64,000 nucleotides of DNA from a virus. How positions within the stretch are numbered: position 1 is the stretch's first letter; every line of letters starts with the position of its first letter. A model generated the notes under the pieces. The model saw only the letters and a list, made by a program, of their open reading frames with translations. It had not been told where the DNA came from and did no database searches. Position numbers and translations under genes: made by a program. Where the stretch lies: positions 1 through 64,000 of IMG/VR virus record IMGVR_UViG_3300035670_000078; one strand, written 5' to 3'. This document shows, in pieces, positions 39,128-47,092 of this stretch.

Positions 39128-39882
39128 TGATTTTTCAGCTTAGTGTCGTCGCGTCCGAACTTAGCGAGGACGCCGGCGGCTTCAGTCTTCTCAACGTCTA
39201 TGACGTTAGGTAGAGACGGAAGTGCTGGGAGCTTCCCGGCGTCCTTGAGCGAGAGGAGTGTGGTCATGATGCCGCTGATACGCTCCTCAGGGGTGCGCCC
39301 GTCGACAATCTTGACGGTGGCGTCAGCATCACCGAGGAATTTCCTCTCGATGGTCTGCGCTTTCTCCATCGCCTTCGTCAGCATATCCATGTTGGTCACC
39401 GCCCAGGTGATGACCTGCTGCATACGAGACAACGGCACCTCTTCATCGTTCATCATCTCTTCGATGAGGGCGTTGATCTTCTTCTGCAGCTTCGGGAATA
39501 CGGTGCTAAGCTGGAGCATCTGAGAGGCGAACGCGTCGACGGTCACCATGATGGACCGCGCCGCCATTCCTTCGATGGCCCTCTGCTGAGCCGCATCATC
39601 CTGCGCAGCGTTCAGCATCTCAGCCTGCTTCTGCATCAGCGACTTAGTCGCCTTGGCTCGAGCAGCTCGAGCGGCAAAGACCTGCCGCTCGAACATATCC
39701 TTGATCGCCGGCATCGGCGGATCGGTGGGAATCTCAGAAGGCCATCCGGTAAGCCACGCACGCTTGGCAATCGTCGGCACGGTGTTGGCCAAGCGCGCGG
39801 CCTGGGAATAATCGTTCTTCCCGATGATACGGAACGCCTTCACCAGCTCATCGTAGGTTTTGGGGGTGGGGCGCAGTCGCAT
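39124..39882 (-). CDS. hypothetical protein, possible terminase small subunit
   Basis: N-terminal HTH-like segment, helical core, IERKFLG. Confidence 0.4.
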   Translation of the reverse strand: MRLRPTPKTYDELVKAFRIIGKNDYSQAARLANTVPTIAKRAWLTGWPSEIPTDPPMPAIKDMFERQVFAARAARAKATKSLMQKQAEMLNAAQDDAAQQRAIEGMAARSIMVTVDAFASQMLQLSTVFPKLQKKINALIEEMMNDEEVPLSRMQQVITWAVTNMDMLTKAMEKAQTIERKFLGDADATVKIVDGRTPEERISGIMTTLLSLKDAGKLPALPSLPNVIDVEKTEAAGVLAKFGRDDTKLKNH

Positions 39883-39884
39883 AA

Positions 39885-40487
39885 TCAGCTCCAGCGGTTG
39901 CTACGGGATTTCTTCGGCTCGTCCTTACGAAGCATCTTCTCGAGGTCGGCCACGCGCTTGGCAACGTGCTTTCCCTTGAGCGTCTCCATGGCATGACCGA
40001 CCTTGGCGTAGTACGTCAAGTCAGACTTCACTTCGCCCGGTCTGAGGTCTTGGCAGCGCTTGAAGCCTTTGTCGATCAGGTCGGGATCGGGCTCCACCTC
40101 GATCTTAGGCACAGCCGCACCGAGGCTCGCCACATAGGCGCTGATCTTCCAACGAGTCAGAGTGATCGAATGGTAGTTCAGGGCGTCCGCGATGACATTG
40201 ACAGGGTAGCCAAGCTCGGCGAGTGCGAGAGCATGAACCCGCTCCCCATCGTGCGTACGAAGGTGACCGAAGAACACCGTCCGGCGCTTGATGTGGTCCT
40301 TCATGTCGAGGATATTGCGGCACTTATCGACGAGACGCTCGGGGAGCTGCGACTCGCTTCGATTATGCTGCCTGTGTGTCGGGGCGAACGTGACTTTCTT
40401 CGCCTCACCGAGAATCGAGATGACCTCCTCGGTTAGCTCAGGACCGAACACGTCGACTGCGATGAGGTAGGACCGCTGCTTTTCCAT
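39885..40487 (-). CDS. hypothetical protein with HTH-like motif
   Basis: AGGAG RBS; LGYPVNVIADALNYHSITLTRW. Confidence 0.65.
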   Translation of the reverse strand: MEKQRSYLIAVDVFGPELTEEVISILGEAKKVTFAPTHRQHNRSESQLPERLVDKCRNILDMKDHIKRRTVFFGHLRTHDGERVHALALAELGYPVNVIADALNYHSITLTRWKISAYVASLGAAVPKIEVEPDPDLIDKGFKRCQDLRPGEVKSDLTYYAKVGHAMETLKGKHVAKRVADLEKMLRKDEPKKSRSNRWS

Positions 40488-40501
40488 GAATCACTCCTAA
40501 C

Positions 40502-40532
40502 AAAAACGGCCAGCACTGAGGCTGGCCGTTTT
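40502..40532 (-). terminator. terminator hairpin
   Basis: AAAACGGCCAGC-loop-GCTGGCCGTTTT. Confidence 0.75.
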
Positions 40533-40555
40533 CACGCCGGCGGCGAGGTTAAAGC

Positions 40556-41035
40556 TCAGGAGGGCTCGGCGTAGACGCCGTCCTTACCGAACTTACCACC
40601 GCGATCCAGCGTCGCAATGAAGGCCGCAACGGCCCCCTTGGGATGCCCGATGCCAACAAGCTGCGAACCGAGCTGATCGCGCGTGACCTTGCCCTGAGCA
40701 CTGAGCGTCTTGAGGACGTCAGCCATCTTGGGGCGATCAGACGACGCGGCAGCGCTGGCGGCCTTCTGCTCGGCGGTGAGCGGCTTACGGCCGCGCTTCT
40801 TCGGCGCCTCGTCAGAAGTTGCGACAACAGCGGCCTCAACGGCCTCGGCCTTGGTGGCGGGCTTAACAACGCCGGGCTTGCGACCCCGACGCTGCTTCTC
40901 CGCAACAACCTCCTGCGGCTGCTGCGAAGCGAACTGGAGGGCGCTCACGACCTGAGCGATGGAGGTCGTGGGAACGTTCACCTTCCAGTCATTGGTGGAG
41001 ACGATAGTGAATCCGTTAACGTTCTTGATCTGCAC
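40556..41035 (-). CDS. AT-hook-like nucleoid/DNA-binding protein
   Basis: two RGRKP motifs; Ala/Lys-rich; AAGGA RBS with GTG start. Confidence 0.7.
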   Translation of the reverse strand: MQIKNVNGFTIVSTNDWKVNVPTTSIAQVVSALQFASQQPQEVVAEKQRRGRKPGVVKPATKAEAVEAAVVATSDEAPKKRGRKPLTAEQKAASAAASSDRPKMADVLKTLSAQGKVTRDQLGSQLVGIGHPKGAVAAFIATLDRGGKFGKDGVYAEPS

Positions 41036-41145
41036 AGTGGGTTCCTTCGGCGTGTAAAAAGCCGTTCTTGGATTAGGTTAAGGCGTTCGCCTTGTTCCTG
41101 CTGCGGAAAATGCGACTGATAGCGTGTTCAGTCAATAGAAAATCA

Positions 41146-42687
41146 CTAAAACGACATGCGAATGCCGTCCAAACTTTCTACGAGAGCCGGGTTGTGCGTG
41201 ATGACAATCACTGGACGGGTCTGCCCGATCCTAGACAATAGATCGCAAGCGGCCTGCACACCGTCGGTATCGAGGGCGTCAAACGCCTCATCGAAAACCA
41301 ACGTACCCTTTGAGCGGGACAGGGAGGCCAGGGCGAGGAGCAGGGAAAGATCAACGCGACGGCGCTGCCCACCTGACAAAGCCTTGTACCCCTGACCACC
41401 GCCGTACCCGTCGATCTGGATCTCGATCTTGTCTTGGATCTTCCCGTTGCCGAGTTCTGTCTGAGCAGACAGACCGAGCTTCACCCCGGTGCACAACCAG
41501 CCAAGGTAGGTGTTGGCAAGCTCCTCAAGAGAGGACAGTGCCTTCGACAAAATACGGGAGCGCACACCGCGCACGCCGAGGACCCTAATGGTGTGCTCGA
41601 GAACGGTCGCCTCGTCGGTCACGAACTCGAGGTCGAAGTTCAGGACGTTGATAGCCTCCTGCTCGACCTTGAACTGCTCACGAAGCTCGGCCAGCTTCTT
41701 ACGGACACTCTCAGTCTGGGCGGACGTGGCCTTGGCGATCGTCGCCTGCAGCTCCCTCAGGCGCGCGTCTAGCTCCTCGACCTCCTTATTGGCTTCGAGC
41801 ATCTCCGTGCGGCACTCGTCCTCAATGCGAACGAGCGTGTCTGAGGCTGCCTTGAGGTCGTCGTCCTGTTTCTTCAACAGGTCAGCAGGGATCGGCTGCT
41901 GGCAGGCATAGCAGGTGCCGTTCGTGTGCTTCAGCTTCGCCGTCGAGAGGAGACTGACCTGAGCCTTCGACTGGCTGATCTTCAGTAGCAGGTCATTATT
42001 TCTACGGCTGAGTTCAGTGCGGCGGCTCATCCTCTCAGAGACCTCTGCTTTGACGGCATCGAGGTCAACGTCGGCGTCGATGCCGCTCTTGGCGAGGATG
42101 TCCTTGAGGCTGATCGCCTGATGCTTCAAAGACTCGATCTTCTGCTGCGCGACGGCGATGTCGGTCCGCACACCGTTCATCCGAACCTGCACAGCCTGAA
42201 GCTCCTTCTTCGCATGGCTGGCGGCGTCATCGAAGACGGCGACGCCGATGAGCTTCTCGAGCAGACGCTTTCGCTCGGCGTCGGTCGCCCCAGAGAAAAG
42301 GGCGGCGTCGGAGCTTGAGAAGACATGCGTCCGCCTCCACGTCAGGAGGTCACCGATCTCGACTTCGAGAGCGTCTTGTGCTTTGGTGTTCGTCTCGAAT
42401 ACGACCGGCGGCTTGCCGGTGTAGTTCCAGGTGAGCTTCTGGGATCGTTGAGATCCGCGAGTGACCTCCAGCTTGTCGGTCACGAGTCGGACCTCGCACC
42501 TCGTAGTCGTGGGCGCCGCGTCGCGTAGAGTCTTGCCCCAAGCTGCCCATGCAGGTGCTTCTAGACACCTTACAGTCTTTCCTGTACCATTCTTACCTGT
42601 GACGGTAACAATTCCTGTCTCCGGGAACTCAACCGAGGTCTCCGGGAAGTCAGCGAATCCTCTAAACCAGACCTTTTTTATAAGCAT
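41146..42687 (-). CDS. sbcC: SbcC/Rad50-like ATPase
   Basis: GKNGTGKT, coiled coils, CYAC zinc hook, LSGGQ, FDE, ITH. Confidence 0.92.
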   Translation of the reverse strand: MLIKKVWFRGFADFPETSVEFPETGIVTVTGKNGTGKTVRCLEAPAWAAWGKTLRDAAPTTTRCEVRLVTDKLEVTRGSQRSQKLTWNYTGKPPVVFETNTKAQDALEVEIGDLLTWRRTHVFSSSDAALFSGATDAERKRLLEKLIGVAVFDDAASHAKKELQAVQVRMNGVRTDIAVAQQKIESLKHQAISLKDILAKSGIDADVDLDAVKAEVSERMSRRTELSRRNNDLLLKISQSKAQVSLLSTAKLKHTNGTCYACQQPIPADLLKKQDDDLKAASDTLVRIEDECRTEMLEANKEVEELDARLRELQATIAKATSAQTESVRKKLAELREQFKVEQEAINVLNFDLEFVTDEATVLEHTIRVLGVRGVRSRILSKALSSLEELANTYLGWLCTGVKLGLSAQTELGNGKIQDKIEIQIDGYGGGQGYKALSGGQRRRVDLSLLLALASLSRSKGTLVFDEAFDALDTDGVQAACDLLSRIGQTRPVIVITHNPALVESLDGIRMSF

Positions 42688-43522
42688 GAACTTTGAATCC
42701 TTCTTCGGCATCAGCCCCGTGCGTGAAGGCCGAGCAACAACTTATACTGTAAATGTAGCTTTGGCTACAGGAACAGACCCCTACAAAGAGATAGCTGCGC
42801 TTAGCGTGAAGCTGCCTCCTTTGCCAAGCATTCCTGCTCAAGCTAAGGCCTGGTCCGGCGTCGCTCACCTACTTGAGATTTGGCAGCAAGCGGCCAAGTG
42901 GACCAACGTTCCAGAGGACAAACGGAAGAAGGCCGAGTGGGTGTGGAAGAACAGCCTCAAGCGAGAGAACACGCAGGCTGCCATGCTTGAGGCCGTCGAG
43001 CAGCTTCACAAGCTAAGGGAGGAGGGCAGCCAGCTCTGTCCCCTTCTATGGGCGTGGTGGAGAACCAACCAGCTCCTCGAAGAGGGAAAGAGCGGTCTCG
43101 AGTTCCTCTCGGTATGGTCGGCGGCCGCACTCAAGTCGCCGAAGGTGCGACGCTGGTTCTATCAAGAGGTGGACCAGGAGAACATCCTACGTCGTCAAGT
43201 GTGGCCGGACTCGGTGTCAACTCTACTTGACATAGTAAAAACATTTGAAGCTGAGGCTAAAAGACTGTCAGATCAAGCTGCGCATAAGCAACTTTGGTTA
43301 GAAAAGTACAGTCAACCTTACAAAGATACGCTTGAGTCAGCTCAGTTCATACAAAAGTCGGCTCAAAACCGTGTCAATGAGCGTGCTGCGCGGTACGATC
43401 TTGGTGTTTGGTTGTCAGCTAATCTTGTTGAGTATCTTGGTCTTGCAGGAACTAGCTCTAGCGTTGTTCAAAAGAGCTTGCAGTCCAGCACCCGGCTGCG
43501 TAAGACATCAAAGCGTCGCTGA
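42686..43522 (+). CDS. hypothetical replication-module protein
   Basis: long ORF preceding DnaB; start inferred at MNFESFF. Confidence 0.65.
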   Translation: MNFESFFGISPVREGRATTYTVNVALATGTDPYKEIAALSVKLPPLPSIPAQAKAWSGVAHLLEIWQQAAKWTNVPEDKRKKAEWVWKNSLKRENTQAAMLEAVEQLHKLREEGSQLCPLLWAWWRTNQLLEEGKSGLEFLSVWSAAALKSPKVRRWFYQEVDQENILRRQVWPDSVSTLLDIVKTFEAEAKRLSDQAAHKQLWLEKYSQPYKDTLESAQFIQKSAQNRVNERAARYDLGVWLSANLVEYLGLAGTSSSVVQKSLQSSTRLRKTSKRR

Positions 43523-43548
43523 GCTTCAACCCAGTCAGGAGAGTCTGA

Positions 43549-44928
43549 GTGGACTCGTATAACTTTCATCCGCAATTCGAGCAGGCGGTTCTTTATTACC
43601 TTTGCTCGGAAAAGAAGTTCTTTCATCTGTACCACAAGTACATCCAAGCGGATCTACTTCAGACAGAGTCGGCAAAGCTGGCCCTATCGGCCGCCAAGTC
43701 CATCTACAAGGACATCTCTGATGCCCCCGGCAGCACCACGATGGTTCTGCAGCGCGTCAAGAGTAAGGTCATCAGCGGCGACGTCACCGTTGACGCATAC
43801 AATGAACTGTCGTTCTACCTCGACGACGTGCCGAACATTTCGGACTGGCGGGCGGTGGGGAGCGAACTGACCCCGACCTTGAAGGAATCGCTCCGTCACG
43901 CCGCCGTTCTCAAAGCCATCGAGTCCCGTCAGGGCAAGAAGTCGATGGCCGATACTGCTGCTTACATGCAGGAGATCGAGAACATCGGTCAGTACGTCGA
44001 GGGCAAAGCGCCCCTGTCATTCGATGACATCGACGGCCGTGACGCCTTTTCCGCCCTCGAGGAAATGATCGACATCGGCCGTATGCGGACAGGTATCGAC
44101 GAACTCGACCTGACCCTGGGCGGCGGACCGCCGTGCGGCACGCTCTCGGTATTCGTTGCTCGCCCCGGCGGCGGTAAGAGCATGTGCCTGTCGCAAATCG
44201 GCGCCCATGCGTTTGCGGCTGAGGGCAAGCAGGTAGCGCACGTCACCATTTCCGAGGTACCCGCCCATATCATCATGGCGCGTGTGCTCGCCCCGATTCT
44301 CGGCACCAAGATTTCGGACATCACGCGCGAGCCGCCTGAGGCTCGCAGGCTGTGGCAGGCTTATAAGCAAAGGGCAGACGCGAACCTCGGCGGCTACAAG
44401 ACCTTCGAGTTCACGTCAAAGACGCCGGTCAGCCAGATCCGCGCTGAGGTGATGGGCTTCTACCAGAAGAACTTCAAGTCCAAGCCGGACGTCATCATCT
44501 TCGATTATCTCGGCCTGTCTTCGTCGCTCAAGGCACCGAAGGGCGCCAATTCCTACACGCAGGGCGAATATATCACCGGCGAGCTGCTCGACTGGGCGCA
44601 GTCGGAAAAGGTCTGGATCTTCACCGCCGCGCAGAGCCAGCGCATGAAGGCCAAGGGTGGCAAGGCGATTATCGGCCTCGATGATATCGCCGACAGCTAC
44701 CATATCGTCCGCATCGCCGACATCGTCATCACGATCAACACGGACGAGGACGAGCCCGGAGTTTTTCAGGGCAGCTTCCATTTCGCGAAGAACCGCTTCG
44801 GACCGTCGGGCGGAACGACCAGCCGAAATCCCGTCAACTGGGATACCGGCCTCGTCGCGCCGTCGTCGTTCTTCCAAGCCAAGGCCACCCGTTACTGGGC
44901 AGACCAGCAGCCCTACTTCGTGAACTAG
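43549..44928 (+). CDS. dnaB: DnaB-like replicative helicase
   Basis: TGIDELD, ARPGGGKS, IFDYL, TAAQ, KNRFG. Confidence 0.9.
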   Translation: MDSYNFHPQFEQAVLYYLCSEKKFFHLYHKYIQADLLQTESAKLALSAAKSIYKDISDAPGSTTMVLQRVKSKVISGDVTVDAYNELSFYLDDVPNISDWRAVGSELTPTLKESLRHAAVLKAIESRQGKKSMADTAAYMQEIENIGQYVEGKAPLSFDDIDGRDAFSALEEMIDIGRMRTGIDELDLTLGGGPPCGTLSVFVARPGGGKSMCLSQIGAHAFAAEGKQVAHVTISEVPAHIIMARVLAPILGTKISDITREPPEARRLWQAYKQRADANLGGYKTFEFTSKTPVSQIRAEVMGFYQKNFKSKPDVIIFDYLGLSSSLKAPKGANSYTQGEYITGELLDWAQSEKVWIFTAAQSQRMKAKGGKAIIGLDDIADSYHIVRIADIVITINTDEDEPGVFQGSFHFAKNRFGPSGGTTSRNPVNWDTGLVAPSSFFQAKATRYWADQQPYFVN

Positions 44929-44929
44929 C

Positions 44930-45823
44930 ATGTCGGGATATATTCGCGGCTCCTCCGAGGTACTCGAGGCGATCGCGGACATACGCCCCAGCCCATCAGG
45001 CTGGATTCGGGCGGTGTGTCCCTATTGCCTCGCGTCTGGACACGAAACCAACAAGAAGAAGCTCTCGGTCAGCCTTGAGACCGGGTTCTTTCAGTGCTGG
45101 CGCGCTGACTGCGGGGCGAAGGGATTTATCGAGGTCGATGAGAGGGCGCTGAAGAAATACAAGAAGGCACCGACCGAGGAGAAGCCGGACGACGGGCGCG
45201 TTCCTCTGCCTGCTGACTTCACCCCGCTGAACACGTTCAGCGATGCGATCTCGCTCAAGAAGTTCTACGCCTACCTCAAGACACGGTTCGTAAAGGACCA
45301 GACGATCGTCGAGGCAAACCTCGGGGCGTGCCTCGTTGGCGAGTACGCCAACAAGGTCGTCATCCCCGTCTATCATCGGGGAGAGGTGGCTGGGTTCACC
45401 TCACGATCAGTGGTGGGCAAGGATTTTATGAACCCACCGAAGTTCAAGCGAACGCACTACATGCTCAACGGCGACGCCCTGCTCGAGGAGAGCACCGAGC
45501 CCGTGGTCATCGTAGAGGGGCCGTTTGACTGTCTGCGCCACTGGCCCTATGCCGTCGCCTGCTTTGGCAAGCCGACACACCACCATGAGAAATTGATCCG
45601 CGAGGCCAAGCGACCTGTGATAATTGGTCTCGACGCCGACGCCCAGATGGAGGGCTGGGGCCTCGCTATGAAGCTCGAACTTGAAGGCCGTGACGTCAGG
45701 TTCCTGAAAATTCGGCCGGGTACCGATCCGGGCAAAACCCCACACGAAGAATTCATGGAATGGGCCTCGACAGCGCCGAGAGCTTCGTCTACTAATCCAT
45801 CAACGTCTAGCATCCTGAAGTAA
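44930..45823 (+). CDS. DNA primase (Zn finger + TOPRIM)
   Basis: CPYC..FQCW..CG; VEGPFD; LDAD; DPG. Confidence 0.88.
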   Translation: MSGYIRGSSEVLEAIADIRPSPSGWIRAVCPYCLASGHETNKKKLSVSLETGFFQCWRADCGAKGFIEVDERALKKYKKAPTEEKPDDGRVPLPADFTPLNTFSDAISLKKFYAYLKTRFVKDQTIVEANLGACLVGEYANKVVIPVYHRGEVAGFTSRSVVGKDFMNPPKFKRTHYMLNGDALLEESTEPVVIVEGPFDCLRHWPYAVACFGKPTHHHEKLIREAKRPVIIGLDADAQMEGWGLAMKLELEGRDVRFLKIRPGTDPGKTPHEEFMEWASTAPRASSTNPSTSSILK

Positions 45824-45856
45824 TCAGGATGCAGCCTTCCCACAAAAGGAATAACT

Positions 45857-47089
45857 GTGAAGTACAGTAGTGCAACAGGTTTTGTTCGTATCGACGGTGT
45901 CGAGTCGCTTTTCAACGTCTCCGAAGACGGAAGTATCTACCTCTCCGTGAAGCTCGACAATTTCGACAAGGCGATCGAGTGGCTCAAGAGCCTCGAGGGC
46001 GAGGTCGCTCAGCCAGTCGAGAAGGTTGAGAAGCCTAAGAAGGTCAAGCCGCCTGAGCCTGTAGTCGAGGCACCTGCGCCAGCCCCGGCACCCGAGCCTC
46101 CAAAAGAGACGGTCGAGATCCTCTTCAACGTCGTCGAAAAGGCCGTGCCCGAGCCCGTGAAGCTGCCCGAGCCTGTGGAGGTCGTCGCGGCGGTTGTCGA
46201 GCCTCAGCTTGATCTCTTCAAGCCTGCGCCAGAGCCCGAGCCAGTGGAGCCCGAGCCCGAAAAGTTCGAGGCGCCGTCCGAGACCTCTGACGCTCCCCAG
46301 CCGAAAAGGCGTGGTCGCCCTCCCGGATCCAAGAATAAGGTGCGCGAGGCTCAGGCGTCAGAAGACGCTCCGCTGAGGATTCCTGCTCCGGCAAAGCCTA
46401 TCGAGAGCCTGCCCATTACTAAGCTGGTGACTCCGGCCAAGATCGAGGAGGTGCGGAAAGCCACCGAGGTTGGTCTCGTTATCCGCCGGGTCCTCAAGAT
46501 GGAGAACACCTCTTTCCCGATTGAGGTCCGTCCTGCTGGCCTTGGTTGGTCGGCAAGCTGCCCGCAGCTGCCTGATCTCCAGGGCGTCGGCACGAACGAG
46601 ACGGACGCGGTGAACGACCTCCGCATGGCTATCGCTGACTGGCACAGCGCTATGCAGAAGCAGGCCGCCAAGTCGGCGGCTGCTGCGGCCGCTGGCCTGC
46701 CTGTCGAGCCTGAGCCGGTCAAGCTCACCCCGAGGGAGAAGATGGTCACGATCCATCCCACCCCCGAGGCAGCGCAGGCCATCCCGCCCGTGTACGATTC
46801 GCTCGAGGACCTCGGCGACGAGTGCGTGAAGTGTCAGAGCCCCGGTGAGGCTGTCCGTCTCGCCATCTTCTTCCACTTCGACAACAACGCTGAGCATCTC
46901 AGCAAGCCCTACGAGGCTCTGCTCAAGTACACCGCGACGTACATGACGAGCATCTGGCCCCGCGTTCCGGCGCTTCAGGGCAAGAAGATCCGCTCGCCAG
47001 AGAAGCAGCTCGACCTCGCGCGCACGTACCTCGACCAGTACCTCCGCGTTAAGAACGGCAAGTCGCCTGTCGGCAACGACGAGGATTGA
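45857..47089 (+). CDS. Pro/Glu-rich protein with AT-hook and HicB-like domain
   Basis: KRRGRPPGSKNK; WSASCPQLPDLQGVGTNETDAVNDLRMAI. Confidence 0.7.
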   Translation: MKYSSATGFVRIDGVESLFNVSEDGSIYLSVKLDNFDKAIEWLKSLEGEVAQPVEKVEKPKKVKPPEPVVEAPAPAPAPEPPKETVEILFNVVEKAVPEPVKLPEPVEVVAAVVEPQLDLFKPAPEPEPVEPEPEKFEAPSETSDAPQPKRRGRPPGSKNKVREAQASEDAPLRIPAPAKPIESLPITKLVTPAKIEEVRKATEVGLVIRRVLKMENTSFPIEVRPAGLGWSASCPQLPDLQGVGTNETDAVNDLRMAIADWHSAMQKQAAKSAAAAAAGLPVEPEPVKLTPREKMVTIHPTPEAAQAIPPVYDSLEDLGDECVKCQSPGEAVRLAIFFHFDNNAEHLSKPYEALLKYTATYMTSIWPRVPALQGKKIRSPEKQLDLARTYLDQYLRVKNGKSPVGNDED

Positions 47090-47092
47090 GAA

